Positions 19,231 through 29,875 are shown, numbered from the stretch's first letter. The stretch is 64,000 bases of DNA from Kiritimatiellia bacterium (GCA_050949565.1 JBMNFY010000017.1:1344001-1408000); one strand, 5' to 3'. Made by a program: numbers and translations. Notes: a model not told the origin generated them from the letters alone.

Positions 19231-19251
19231 ATGCAAGGAAACTGATACCGT

Positions 19252-20961
19252 ATGCTGCGCACACGTACCGCTTGGTTGTTGTTTGGACTGCTGACCGCCG
19301 TGTTCGGCCTGCTACTGATCTGGCCGGTGCTCACGGTGGTCGGCGGCGGATTTTGGGTCAACGGCCGCTTCACGGTGCGTTATCTGGCGGGTGTCTTCCG
19401 CAACCCGATCTACGCTGAGGGACTGGCCAACAGCTTGCGCCTAGCAGTAAGTGCGACGGGCCTCGCGGCGCTGCTGGCCATTCCGCTAGCGTGGCTCGCG
19501 CACGTCTACACCTTTCGCGGTCAGCGTACACTCACCGCACTGCTGCTGGTGCCGATGGTGCTGCCGCCCTTCGTAGGTGCGATCGGCGTGATGCAGATGC
19601 TCGGGCCTTACGGTTCTCTGAATGCGCTGCTCGGCTGCGGACCGATCGACTGGCTCGGTCGCGCGCGCATGGCGGGCGTCGTGCTCTTACAGGCGCTTGC
19701 CTTTTATCCGATCATCTACCTGAATGTCGCGGCGGCGCTGGCCAACATCGACCCGGCGCTCGACGAGGCCGCGCAGAATCTCGGCGCGGGTGCTTGGACG
19801 CGCTTCCGCCGCATCACCCTGCCACTGGTGATGCCGGGCCTCTTCGCCGGTTGCACGCTGGTCTTCATCGCGGCCTTCACCGAACTGGGCACACCGCTGA
19901 TCCTCAACTACTCGCGCTGCGCAGCGGTGCAGGTCTACGACGAACTTAAAGAGATCAGCGCCAGCCCCTTCCCCTACGCGCTGGTGACGGTGGTGCTCAC
20001 GGCGAGTGTCACGCTCTACGCCGTCACACGTCTGCTTTTCGGCGGACGCGCCTACGCCATGCAAGCCAAAGCTGTGATTCCCCACGCGCCGCGTCCGCTA
20101 CGCGGCGGTGCTGCTCTACTGGCCGCGCTGCCGTTCGTGGCTGTCATCCTGTTGGCGTTGATGCCGCACATCGGCGTGGTGCTGACGAGTATCTCGGTGC
20201 CCGGCACCTGGTACCGCACGGTGTTGCCTGGCGCGTTCACCACCGCCCATTACGCTGCGGCACTGGGTCATGACATGACCCTCAGTGCGATCCGCAACAG
20301 CTTGCTCTTCTCCTCGCTCGCTGTCGCCGTCAATCTCACGCTCGGCATCGCCGTGGCATGGGTCGTGACGCGCTCGCGCTTGCGTGTGCGCCATGCGCTC
20401 GACGCAATGGCGATGATCCCGCTCGCCGTACCGGGTTTGGTGATGGCCTTCGGCTTTCTCGCGGTCAGTGCGTCGCTCGCTGAACACCCCGCCATCAAGG
20501 CGCATCCCGCCCTCGCCACACTGCTCGACGTGCGCGAAAATCCGACACTCTTCCTCGTGCTGGCCTATGCCGTGCGCCGTCTGCCATTCATGGTGCGCGC
20601 CGCTGTATCGGGCTTGCAGCAAACCTCCGTCACGCTGGAGGAAGCCGCCGCCAATCTCGGCGCACCGCCGGTCACCACGTTGCGCCGCGTGACATTACCG
20701 CTGATTACCGCCAACTTGATCGCTGGTGCGTTACTGGCCTTCGCCTTCAGCATGCTGGAGGTTTCAGACAGCTTGATGCTGGCGCAGAAAAAGGCCTTCT
20801 ACCCAATCACCAAGACCATCTTCGAACTCTTCCAGCTCGTGGGGGTCGGACGCTATCTCGCGTCGGCACTCGGTGTCTGGGCGATGCTCTTCCTGACCGT
20901 CACGCTTATCGGCAGCAGTCTGCTGCTGGGCAAAAAGCTGGGCGCTCTATTCCGCGCTTAG
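19252..20961 (+). CDS. Fe3+/thiamine-type ABC transporter permease (FbpB-like, duplicated)
   Basis: Two EAA..LGA motifs and about 12 TM helices. Confidence 0.85.
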   Translation: MLRTRTAWLLFGLLTAVFGLLLIWPVLTVVGGGFWVNGRFTVRYLAGVFRNPIYAEGLANSLRLAVSATGLAALLAIPLAWLAHVYTFRGQRTLTALLLVPMVLPPFVGAIGVMQMLGPYGSLNALLGCGPIDWLGRARMAGVVLLQALAFYPIIYLNVAAALANIDPALDEAAQNLGAGAWTRFRRITLPLVMPGLFAGCTLVFIAAFTELGTPLILNYSRCAAVQVYDELKEISASPFPYALVTVVLTASVTLYAVTRLLFGGRAYAMQAKAVIPHAPRPLRGGAALLAALPFVAVILLALMPHIGVVLTSISVPGTWYRTVLPGAFTTAHYAAALGHDMTLSAIRNSLLFSSLAVAVNLTLGIAVAWVVTRSRLRVRHALDAMAMIPLAVPGLVMAFGFLAVSASLAEHPAIKAHPALATLLDVRENPTLFLVLAYAVRRLPFMVRAAVSGLQQTSVTLEEAAANLGAPPVTTLRRVTLPLITANLIAGALLAFAFSMLEVSDSLMLAQKKAFYPITKTIFELFQLVGVGRYLASALGVWAMLFLTVTLIGSSLLLGKKLGALFRA

Positions 20962-21820
20962 TGAGATCGCCAAAGGTATCGATGCGGCGGTCGCGGAAAA
21001 AGGGCCACATGCGGCGCACTGTCTCAGAGCGCGCGAGGTCGATTTCCACCACCAGCGCGGCCTCCTTATCGGTGGGTGCCTCCAAGAGCATCTCGCCCTG
21101 CGGTCCGGCAACGAAACTGCTGCCCCAGAACTGGATACCGCCCGTCACGCCGGATGGATCGGGCTCGAAACCGGTGCGGTTGACGCTCACGACCGGCAGA
21201 CCATTGGCGATGGCATGCGCACGCTGCACGGTGATCCAAGCATCGCGCTGACGCGCTTTTTCAGGCGCACTGTCGCTGCTCTCCCAGCCGATCGCGGTGG
21301 GATAGATGAGCAGTTCCGCGCCGGCCAGCGCCATCAGACGCGCGGCCTCGGGATACCACTGATCCCAGCAGACCAGCACCCCAAGCCGACCGACCGAAGT
21401 GTCGATCGGCGCGAAGCCCAGATCGCCGGGCGTGAAGTAGAACTTCTCGTAGTAGGCAGGGTCGTCGGGAATGTGCATCTTGCGGTACTTGCCCGCCATC
21501 GAGCCATCGCGCTCCAGCACCACGGCGGTATTGTGATAGAGCCCCGCCATACGGCGCTCAAAGAGCGAGAGCACCAGCACCACGCCCAGCTCACGCGCCA
21601 ACGCGCCGAAGGTCTCCGTGCTCGGCCCGGGGATGGGCTCAGCCAGATCGAAGAGCGCGGGATCTTCGGTTTGGCAGAAATAGAGGCTGTTGTGCAACTC
21701 CTGTAACACAATCAACTCCGCGCCCTGCCGTGCGCAATCGCGGATCATCTCCGCATGCCCTGCGATGTTGGCATCCCTGTCCGGTCCGCAACTTCTCTGT
21801 ACAATTCCAAGTTTCATCAT
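20906..21820 (-). CDS. aguB: N-carbamoylputrescine amidase (carbon-nitrogen hydrolase)
   Basis: LQELH, KYRKMHIPDDP.YYEKFYF and VCWDQWYPE (E-K-C triad); near agmatine deiminase. Confidence 0.85.
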   Translation of the reverse strand: MMKLGIVQRSCGPDRDANIAGHAEMIRDCARQGAELIVLQELHNSLYFCQTEDPALFDLAEPIPGPSTETFGALARELGVVLVLSLFERRMAGLYHNTAVVLERDGSMAGKYRKMHIPDDPAYYEKFYFTPGDLGFAPIDTSVGRLGVLVCWDQWYPEAARLMALAGAELLIYPTAIGWESSDSAPEKARQRDAWITVQRAHAIANGLPVVSVNRTGFEPDPSGVTGGIQFWGSSFVAGPQGEMLLEAPTDKEAALVVEIDLARSETVRRMWPFFRDRRIDTFGDLTKRGIERPAFCPAADCCR

Positions 21821-21996
21821 TCCCATCCAATCAAGATTTCGATGCGCCCATAATCTCGTTTTGTGGGCGGCGTTTACGCCGCTACTACCGCCACTGCCGC
21901 CACTGCCGATCCTACCGGTACTACCCGCAGTCTCGGCAGTACCGGTAGCCCCCAAAAACTCTGCGTCTCTGCGTCTCTGCGTTAAATAAACCCGGC

Positions 21997-23616
21997 CTAC
22001 TTTTCCGCTTTTTCTGCAGCGGCGAGCTTACGCGCAACCGCAGCGAGGTGCAGGAATTCCGCGCGTCTGCCATCCGGATCATCGCCCACATTTGCTTGGG
22101 CGCGTTTGATGGCAGCGGCGTAGTCCGCATTGCCCTTGTTCGGCGAATCGCGCAGGAGCAGAGCGACTTCAGCAACAGCCGACGCCCAGCCCCAGTTCTC
22201 CGTCGCCTCCGGCTGTGCCGGCAGGACGAACTCCAGCAGCTTGCTGCCCGCATCGCCCTCCGGCTCCTGATAGCGGAGCTTGAACGTGAGAATGTCGTTG
22301 GACTGCGCCGTACCCGCCTGCGCAACGGGAGACTGGTATTTGAGCGCGTCCACGTCGCCGACCGCCTCTTTCTTTACGGCCTCCGGCGCGTCGGCCATCA
22401 CCATCTCGTAGAGCACGGTGATCTGGTGCCCCACGCCGACCTCTCCGGAGTCCTTCGTGTCGTCGTTGAAGTCGCGATCTTCCAGTTTGCGGAACTCATA
22501 GCCCACAAGACGGTAAGCAAAGACACGGGCCGGGTTGAACTCGACCTGGAACTTGACATCGCGCGCCAGCGTGAACATCCTGCCGCTCATCTCGTTGACC
22601 AGCGCATGACGCGCCTCCCGCAAGGAGTCGATGTAGATGTAGTTGCCGTTACCCTTGTTGGCCAGCATCTTCATCTTGTTGTCTTTATAGTTGCCAAAGC
22701 CCATGCCAATGACTGTGAGATAGACCCCCGTCTCCCGCTTTTTCTCGATCAGCGAGATCAACTCCGATTCGCTGCTGACGCCAACATTGAAGTCGCCATC
22801 GGTCACAAGCACGACACGGTTGTTGCCGCCCTTGATGAAGTTCTTTGCCGCCAGATCGTAGGCCGTTTTGATGCCGGCCGCCCCCGGAGTGTGCCCTCCG
22901 GCAGTCAGTCCCTCAATGGCGGATTGAATCTTCTTGCCATCGTCTCCGGTGGCCGATTTGATCAACACCTTGGCGCCGCCGCCGTAGGTGACGATGCCGA
23001 TATTGTCCTGCGGCCGCAACTGTTTGGCGAGCATGGTCATCGACTCACGCAGCAGCGGCATCGCGTCCGTCATTGAGCCGGAATTGTCGATGAGAAACAC
23101 AAAGCTCGACGGCGGCAAGTTCGCCAGTTCCGTGCTTTTCGCCTGAATGCCGACGAGCAGGAGTTGGCGCTGCGCATTCCACGGACATGTGCCCATCTCG
23201 AACGTGGTAGCGAACTTCCCGTCTTTGGGCGGTTGCGGATAAGCGTACTCGAAATAGTTCAGGAACTCCTCCACGCGCACGGCATCTTTGGGCGGCAGAC
23301 GATTTTCATCCCTCAGCATCCGGCGCATGTTCGTATAGCCTGCGGTATCGACATCCGCCCCGAACGTGGAGAGCGGCGCATCCTTCACCAACTTCAGCCG
23401 GTTTTCATCGTAGTTCTTATACTCCTCCGTGTTGAAGTCCATGCCTTCCATGTACTCGCGCTCATAAGCCTCACTAACACAGGCTGCGTACTTCTTGTCA
23501 TACCCTGTTGGCGCATCGGTGGCATGCCATCGAGGGGAGCAGGACGTGTCGCACGATGCAAGGAACATCGCCGCGATTACGGTAAAGAGACAAGTAAAAA
23601 CGTTATTTTTGTTCAT
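21997..23616 (-). CDS. YfbK-like vWA-domain lipoprotein
   Basis: Lipobox FLASC; STFGADVDTAGY, DNSGSM MIDAS, TDGDFNVG and DSGEVG motifs. Confidence 0.85.
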   Translation of the reverse strand: MNKNNVFTCLFTVIAAMFLASCDTSCSPRWHATDAPTGYDKKYAACVSEAYEREYMEGMDFNTEEYKNYDENRLKLVKDAPLSTFGADVDTAGYTNMRRMLRDENRLPPKDAVRVEEFLNYFEYAYPQPPKDGKFATTFEMGTCPWNAQRQLLLVGIQAKSTELANLPPSSFVFLIDNSGSMTDAMPLLRESMTMLAKQLRPQDNIGIVTYGGGAKVLIKSATGDDGKKIQSAIEGLTAGGHTPGAAGIKTAYDLAAKNFIKGGNNRVVLVTDGDFNVGVSSESELISLIEKKRETGVYLTVIGMGFGNYKDNKMKMLANKGNGNYIYIDSLREARHALVNEMSGRMFTLARDVKFQVEFNPARVFAYRLVGYEFRKLEDRDFNDDTKDSGEVGVGHQITVLYEMVMADAPEAVKKEAVGDVDALKYQSPVAQAGTAQSNDILTFKLRYQEPEGDAGSKLLEFVLPAQPEATENWGWASAVAEVALLLRDSPNKGNADYAAAIKRAQANVGDDPDGRRAEFLHLAAVARKLAAAEKAEK

Positions 23617-23751
23617 GATATTCTCCTCCTCCATCTTGCGCCCGAGGAAGCAGCACCCCGCTACAACCCACTCGCAAACCACACCACATCATGCTTCGCG
23701 TCGGTTGAAAATGCAAGCCTCGACTACAATTTTTTGATAACCGCAGTTTAA

Positions 23752-24861
23752 TTAACGCAGAGGCGCAGAGGCGCAGAGTTTTTTTTGGGGGCATTGCTCG
23801 GCTTTTTGGACTTTTAAGAAGCCTGAAGGAATATGCATGGTGACGCAATGAAGCGAGCCGTGCTGGCGGATGAGCGGGCGGCAGTCGATGCCGACGATCT
23901 CGCGTCCGGGAAACGCCCCGTCCAGACGCTCAAGAGCCAGCACGTCTTTCGGCGACGCGTATGTCGGCACGAGAACAGCGCCATTGAGGATCAGAAAGTT
24001 GGCGTAGGTCGCCGGCAGGCGATGGCCGTCCTCGGGATCGTGGACGGGATCGGCCATGGGCAGCGAGATCAGCGTGTAGGGATGACCGTCAACAGTGCGG
24101 AAGGCGCGCAGCTCTTCCTCCATACGCCGCAACGCATCGTCATGTTCGTCCGTCGGATCGTCGCTCTGTACGTAGGCGATCGTACGGGCGTCGCAGAGGC
24201 GCGCCAGCGTGTCGATATGGCTGTCGGTATCGTCGCCGGCCAGATAGCCGTGACGCAACCAGAGGATGCGGTCGAGACCGAACGCCTCCTTGAAGAACGT
24301 CTCAAGCTCCGCCTTTGAATAGTGGTCGTTGCGGTTGGCCGACAGCAGACAGGTCGCAGTAGTGAGCAGCGTGCCTTGTCCATCCGACTCGATGGCGCCG
24401 CCCTCGAGCACGCGATGCAACTGGTTGCGGTAGGCGACTTGCGGTTGGAAGAAACCGCGACGGTACAACTCGCGCGTGATGAGATTGTCGTGGGCGGCCG
24501 CGAACTTCATGCCCCAGCCATTGAAGGTGAAGTCAAGCAGACAGGGACACCCGTCCTCGAACACACTGATGGGGCCGTGGTCGCGCGCCCACGTATCATC
24601 CGTCTCCAGTTCGCAGATCAAAAGTTCGGCATAGAGGTCAGGCAGCGCACGGCGAACCTCCGCCGCATCGCGGCAGACAATCAGACAGCGTTCACGCTTA
24701 ACGATCTCGCGCACAATCGCGGCAAAGCAAGCAACCGCCGTATCAAGCATCGGCGCCCAGTCCGTGCCCGCATGCGGCCATGTGAGCATCACGCCATCCT
24801 GCGGCTCCCATTCAGCCGGCAGGCGGATACGTGGTGAGGCGGCTTCAGTGGTTGGTTTCAT
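23752..24861 (-). CDS. aguA: Agmatine deiminase family protein
   Basis: PAEWEP, WARDHGP, LEGGAIESDG, DDTDSHID and GSLHCVT motifs. Confidence 0.9.
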   Translation of the reverse strand: MKPTTEAASPRIRLPAEWEPQDGVMLTWPHAGTDWAPMLDTAVACFAAIVREIVKRERCLIVCRDAAEVRRALPDLYAELLICELETDDTWARDHGPISVFEDGCPCLLDFTFNGWGMKFAAAHDNLITRELYRRGFFQPQVAYRNQLHRVLEGGAIESDGQGTLLTTATCLLSANRNDHYSKAELETFFKEAFGLDRILWLRHGYLAGDDTDSHIDTLARLCDARTIAYVQSDDPTDEHDDALRRMEEELRAFRTVDGHPYTLISLPMADPVHDPEDGHRLPATYANFLILNGAVLVPTYASPKDVLALERLDGAFPGREIVGIDCRPLIRQHGSLHCVTMHIPSGFLKVQKAEQCPQKKLCASAPLR

Positions 24862-25499
24862 GGTTGGGTTCTCCGTTTGGCGGTTCGCACCCGATAGAGG
24901 CGCTCGGTAAAGCCGCCTTCGTTTTCGAAATCTGCAGCCAGCCGCGCCACCTGACGGTCGAGCAGTGTGCAGGCCACGGCCAGCAAGGCGAGTGCGGCAT
25001 TGGCGGAGAGCGCGGGGTAAAGGTCGGCGGGGTCTGTGGACACGGTGGACAGAGTGGACTTGGTGGACATTTCAGAAGCTTGTCCGCGCTCCACGCTTCT
25101 CTTCGCGGCCTGTACCACCCACGCTGCCACCTCATCGGCGGTTCGGCACCGCCGATCAATCAGTTCCTGCCGCAGTGGATGCTCCCGCTGCCACTGCGCT
25201 GCATTCCGCTGACGCAAAAAATCCTCGTAGTCAAGCTTCAGTTCTTCCAAGCTAGCACGAGCCACCTGGGTCAGCTTGAGTTCCGTCTTCTTCGAAGTGG
25301 CCGATGCCTGGGAACCCTCGGCGATATTCTGCACGCCGGAACGGGCCGCCTGCACCATCTGGTCGTGGGTGCGGCTGCGCCGGTCTATGTAACGGTCGCA
25401 AAAACGCACCGTCACATCATAGACCAGTTGCGCGACCTGAAAACTTTTCAGCTTGCGGTAGCCGCCATGCTTAGGAATCAAAGGCTCCTGCCCAGCCAT
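24858..25499 (-). CDS. Four-helix-bundle (23S rRNA IVP/Avd-like) protein with suffix domain
   Basis: GGYRKLKSFQ, DQMVQAARSGVQNIAEGS, ARASLEEL..DYED, and GGFTERLY suffix. Confidence 0.85.
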   Translation of the reverse strand: MAGQEPLIPKHGGYRKLKSFQVAQLVYDVTVRFCDRYIDRRSRTHDQMVQAARSGVQNIAEGSQASATSKKTELKLTQVARASLEELKLDYEDFLRQRNAAQWQREHPLRQELIDRRCRTADEVAAWVVQAAKRSVERGQASEMSTKSTLSTVSTDPADLYPALSANAALALLAVACTLLDRQVARLAADFENEGGFTERLYRVRTAKRRTQP

Positions 25500-25627
25500 A
25501 AAGCACCCTCTACGTCTACTCTGTCCACTACGTCCACCAAGTCCACTGTTCCCCAGCGTAACCCAAACACCAACGGCGGGCAAGGAAAGAAAGCCAAGCC
25601 TGCAAAACCAAGTTTTTCCCCCGCGTC

Positions 25628-26353
25628 CTAAACCATGCTGAGTTCGAGTTTCTGCTTCATCCTTTCCCAGCCTGGAACGAGCGATTCGAGGAGCTTGTAA
25701 AACTCTGGACTGTGATCGCGATGTTTCAGATGGCACAACTCATGGGTCACAACATAGTCAATGCACTCTTTGGGTGCCCTGATCAGATCCACATTGAGGG
25801 TTAATGTGCCCTTCTCTGAAAGGCTTCCCCACCTTTTTCGCATTCGCCTGATGGCAAGCTTGGGGCGACAGACATCGAGACCATTCAGTTTTTGCCAACA
25901 GCGTTCCATGCTTTCGGCAAATTGAACCTGCGCCTTTTTTGAATACCAGTCGCTCAGCAGTTTTTTGGCAACGGTGGGAGTCGGCGCGTCTCGGCAGGTG
26001 ATGCGGAAAAATCCGCGAGATAATTTAACAGCGTTTTCTCCGCCTTTTTCCAGCCTCAAGCGGTATTGCTTTCCAAGATACAGGTGGGTCTCGCCATTCA
26101 CATAACAACGCTTTGGCGTCCTGGGGTCAAACTGCTTGAAATAGTTCAGTTGCTTGAAAACCCAGCGTGCTCGCTTGATGATTTTCTTTTCTACCACCGC
26201 AATATCGGTGCGCAAAGGCACTTTGACCACAACCGAAGCATCAGGACAAACCGCAATTTCCATCGTCTTTCGGTCACAGTACAGCAAACTGAAATCGATG
26301 GTCTTCCGTCCATAAACAACCGAGTGCTGGCTACTAGGGATTGACGCGCCCAT
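25628..26353 (-). CDS. M48/DUF45 (YgjP-like) zinc-dependent hydrolase, the usual hsdR neighbour
   Basis: RWGSLS and YVVTHELCH (HExxH) motifs; directly downstream of hsdR. Confidence 0.85.
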   Translation of the reverse strand: MGASIPSSQHSVVYGRKTIDFSLLYCDRKTMEIAVCPDASVVVKVPLRTDIAVVEKKIIKRARWVFKQLNYFKQFDPRTPKRCYVNGETHLYLGKQYRLRLEKGGENAVKLSRGFFRITCRDAPTPTVAKKLLSDWYSKKAQVQFAESMERCWQKLNGLDVCRPKLAIRRMRKRWGSLSEKGTLTLNVDLIRAPKECIDYVVTHELCHLKHRDHSPEFYKLLESLVPGWERMKQKLELSMV

Positions 26354-29300
26354 TACTTGTAATCCCTGTGCTTGGCCACCTGCAATACTTTCTTGATGAT
26401 GTCATCCATCTGCTCAAGCGATAATTCGATGCCTCTCCCTGCCCCGAGTTCATCGTAGAGATAATCGTCAATGTCGTTGATCACCTGTTTCTGCGCGTCT
26501 TCGTCATCCCAGAAGTGAACCTTCCGGTGTTTTTCCAAGATGCCATGAAGAGCGATGGCTGTGTCAGCCGCAGCCGCTTCAACATCTTCTTCGGTCAACC
26601 CATGGGCGGTAAGGAACGGTTTGACCACGCCAAAATACGCCATGGCATCTTCATTGCCGGAAAGGATGTCCGGCACATCATCGTGGACTTTGTCGACGAC
26701 CTTGTTGCGGATTTCAACGACCTTTTTCAAGTAGTCCATGTCGGATAGCCGTTTGACCCTGAAATCTTCAATCGCCTGCTGGATCAGTTTTGAAAACTTC
26801 TCGTAAAACGCAGGGTCTTCGCCCATCTTTTCGGCGATGACCTTTTTCGTGGCGTAAGCAATCGCGTCAGCCTTTGAAGCCGTTGTTTTTCCGGTCTGGT
26901 AAACGCCCTGCTCCTCCTTGACCGTCATAAAGGCGTCGTCGTCAAAGATATTGACCGGCTCATTGAGCCGCAAAACTTCGTTGGCCTGGATATGCGTGTC
27001 CAACAGCTTTTTGATCTTAGGCTCATAATCCCTGTAATCGACGGCCTCTGCATAACGGAGCCTGACGGATGCCTTGAGTGACTGGAACTTTCGGAGGTCG
27101 GCCTTGTATCTGGACAGGGTGTTTTCATCGGTTTCGGTCAGGAATTTCTCTGAAGAAAGCGCGATGCTCAGAGTTTTTCCGAACTCCAAAAGACGGCTGT
27201 AAAACTCTTCTCGGAGTTCATCGTCAGCCAGCAGTACTTCGTATGCCTCTTCGTCGTAAGAGTGCTTCACCGTTTTGAAGAGATCCCAAAGATCGGAATA
27301 ACGTCCCGGCAGTTTTTCGATTTCTCTATGGATGGATGTCAGAATGCCGACCAGATCAGACTCGTCGAAACGTTCAAATGCGTTATACATGGTCAACGCT
27401 TTGTCCAATTCACCGAGAACGCTCACGTAATCGATAATAAAGCCGAACTCTTTGCCCTCGTGCAACCGATTGACCCGCGCAATGGCCTGAAGCAACCTAT
27501 GCTCTTTGAGAACCCGGCATAAATAGAGAACCGTATTGCGCGGCGCATCAAAACCTGTGAGCAGCTTGTCAACGACAATCAGGATTTCAGGCTCATCGCC
27601 GTGTTTAAACTGGTTGATGAGCTGCTTGGTATACTCCTCTTCGCTACCATAGCGCCTCATCATTTTTTCCCAGAACTTGACCACCTCATCTGTAGGCTCG
27701 TCATCGGTCTCCTCGTGGCCTTCGCGCGTGTCCGGTGCTGAGATAACCACCTCGGAGCTGACCATGCCGATCTCGTTCAGGTACGCGTTGTACTTGAGTG
27801 CGGTTGCCTTGCCCGGTGCCACCAGTTGCGCTTTGAAGCCAGTGCCCTGCCAGTTTGCACGGAAGTGCTCGCTGATATCAAAAGCCCTCATGTAAACGAC
27901 TTGATCGGCTTTATTCAACATCTCCGCCCGCGCATATTTTCGCTTCAGATCCGCCTGCTGCTCTGTGGTCAGCCCCTGCGTGTACCGTCCAAACCATAGA
28001 TCGACAGCCTCTTTGTTTTGCGTCATCTCCACATGCCGCCCCTCGTACAGAAGCGGAACCACCGCACTGTCTTCAACGGCCTGCTTGATGGAGTAGTGGG
28101 GCTCCACCAACTTGCCGAACTTGGCGAAGCTGTTCTTTTCCTTCCTTAGCAACGGCGTGCCGGTAAAGCCCAAGTAGCAGGCGCGGGGCAACATCCGTCT
28201 CATTTGGGCGGCGAAAGAGCCGAATTGGGTACGGTGCCCCTCATCCACCAGCATGAAAATGTCAGGCGAGTCATCCTGATATTTTTTTACTGCATAGGCC
28301 TTGTCGAACTTGTGAATGAGGGTTGTGATAATCCCCGCTTCCTTTCTTTCGATCAGCTCCAGCAGGTTCCGCCCCGACGTGGCGCTGTTTGCCGCAAGAC
28401 CGCAAGCGGCGAAGGTGTTCCCCAGTTGCTTGTCGAGATCGTCACGGTCGGTCACCAGAATAATTCGCGGTGCCGGAATTTCCGAGTCCAAGACCAGATT
28501 GCGAACCAGCATCACCATGGTCAGGGATTTGCCTGAACCCTGCGTGTGCCAGATCACACCGCCCTTGCGCACGCCGTTGTCATCGAACTGCTTGACCCGG
28601 CTCAATATGGACTTGACGACAAAATACTGCTGATAACGGGCAATCTTTTTGAGACCGCCGTCGAACACCGTGAACTTCCACGCCAGTTCCAGAAGCCGAT
28701 CCGGACGGCAGAGCGAGAAAAGGGTTTTGTCCTGTTCGGTCACCAGCCTGTTGCCGGTGAAACACTCCGGCCTGACGCCAAAGGTCGTTGCGATATTGGC
28801 GACATCTTCCACGCTCAAGGGCTGATTGACGCAAGCCGCGAGTTTTTCATATTCGCACTCGCCGCATTTCATCTGGGGCTCTTTCCAGACGCTCCAGAAT
28901 TTTGCGGCGCTACCCGTTGTGGCGTACATCGCGCTGTTTTTGTTCAACGCCAAGACCATCTGGCTGTAGATGAAAAGTTTCGGAATGTAGTCGTCGCTCT
29001 GATTTCTGATCGACTGTGAAACAGCTTGCTCTATCTCAATCTGCGGTGCCTTGCACTCAATTACGCAGAACGGAATGCCGTTGACAAAGAGAACGATGTC
29101 CGGCCTGGCGGTTTCCGTTGAACGGGAACGTTCGACGCCGTACTCCACCACGACATGAAACGCATTGCGGTCGGGATTGCGCCAGTCGACATAGTTCATG
29201 GTAAAGCTTTTAGAGTCGCCTTCGATGGTCTGCTCCAAGGCTGTTCCCAGCGTGATCAGGTCGTAAATGGCCTCGTTGGTTTTCAAGAGCCCATCGTACT

Positions 29301-29553
29301 TGATGTTCTTCAGTTTTTGGATGGCGGACTGCACATTCTCCTCGCTGAAGAGATACTCGCCGCCTTTGTAGCGGATGCGGTTGATTTCTTTGAGCTGCTT
29401 GCGCAGGATATTTTCCAGTAGGACGTTGGAGTAGCGCCCCTGCCGCTCGCTGAGTGCCTTGGCGGGAGTCAAAAACTCAAAGCCCAGGTTGATCAGAAGC
29501 TGTAACGCCGGGATTTGAGAGAGGTGTTTTTCGTTGGTCGCAAAGTCACACAT
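26353..29553 (-). CDS. hsdR: Type I restriction enzyme R subunit
   Basis: PDIVLFVNGIP..IECK nuclease motif; HTQGSGKS, DEGHR, FTGTP, LLTGFD and QAIARVNR helicase motifs. Confidence 0.97.
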   Translation of the reverse strand: MCDFATNEKHLSQIPALQLLINLGFEFLTPAKALSERQGRYSNVLLENILRKQLKEINRIRYKGGEYLFSEENVQSAIQKLKNIKYDGLLKTNEAIYDLITLGTALEQTIEGDSKSFTMNYVDWRNPDRNAFHVVVEYGVERSRSTETARPDIVLFVNGIPFCVIECKAPQIEIEQAVSQSIRNQSDDYIPKLFIYSQMVLALNKNSAMYATTGSAAKFWSVWKEPQMKCGECEYEKLAACVNQPLSVEDVANIATTFGVRPECFTGNRLVTEQDKTLFSLCRPDRLLELAWKFTVFDGGLKKIARYQQYFVVKSILSRVKQFDDNGVRKGGVIWHTQGSGKSLTMVMLVRNLVLDSEIPAPRIILVTDRDDLDKQLGNTFAACGLAANSATSGRNLLELIERKEAGIITTLIHKFDKAYAVKKYQDDSPDIFMLVDEGHRTQFGSFAAQMRRMLPRACYLGFTGTPLLRKEKNSFAKFGKLVEPHYSIKQAVEDSAVVPLLYEGRHVEMTQNKEAVDLWFGRYTQGLTTEQQADLKRKYARAEMLNKADQVVYMRAFDISEHFRANWQGTGFKAQLVAPGKATALKYNAYLNEIGMVSSEVVISAPDTREGHEETDDEPTDEVVKFWEKMMRRYGSEEEYTKQLINQFKHGDEPEILIVVDKLLTGFDAPRNTVLYLCRVLKEHRLLQAIARVNRLHEGKEFGFIIDYVSVLGELDKALTMYNAFERFDESDLVGILTSIHREIEKLPGRYSDLWDLFKTVKHSYDEEAYEVLLADDELREEFYSRLLEFGKTLSIALSSEKFLTETDENTLSRYKADLRKFQSLKASVRLRYAEAVDYRDYEPKIKKLLDTHIQANEVLRLNEPVNIFDDDAFMTVKEEQGVYQTGKTTASKADAIAYATKKVIAEKMGEDPAFYEKFSKLIQQAIEDFRVKRLSDMDYLKKVVEIRNKVVDKVHDDVPDILSGNEDAMAYFGVVKPFLTAHGLTEEDVEAAAADTAIALHGILEKHRKVHFWDDEDAQKQVINDIDDYLYDELGAGRGIELSLEQMDDIIKKVLQVAKHRDYK

Positions 29554-29579
29554 AACGCTTCCTTCTACTTACCATTTTG

Positions 29580-29875
29580 AACCACGGAATACACTGAATA
29601 CACGGAAAGAGAGAAGCGCGGCGGCGGGCACTTTCTGTGTGGTCTGTGTGTTCTGTAGTCTTGTTTGGAACCACTGAATACACGGAAAGGGAGAAGCGCG
29701 GCGGCGGGTGTTTTCTGTGTGATCCGTGTGGTCTGTGGTTTTTGTTGGAACCACGGAATACACTGAACACACGGAAAGGGATAGTGCGCGGCGGCGGGAG
29801 CTTTCTGTGTGGTCTGTGTGGTCTGTGGTTTTTGCTGGAACCACGGAATACACGAAATACACGGAAAGGGAGCTT
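29580..29875. repeat. Family-B hairpin repeat, 3.5 tandem copies (80-90 bp, loop containing GCGCGGCGGCGGG)
   Basis: Copies start at 29580, 29669, 29749 and 29839 (left arm only). Confidence 0.85.

Noticed and set aside
24858-25499. Diversity-generating retroelement (Avd-like gene)
   Set aside because: No reverse transcriptase and no TR/VR pair with adenine-specific mismatches were seen.
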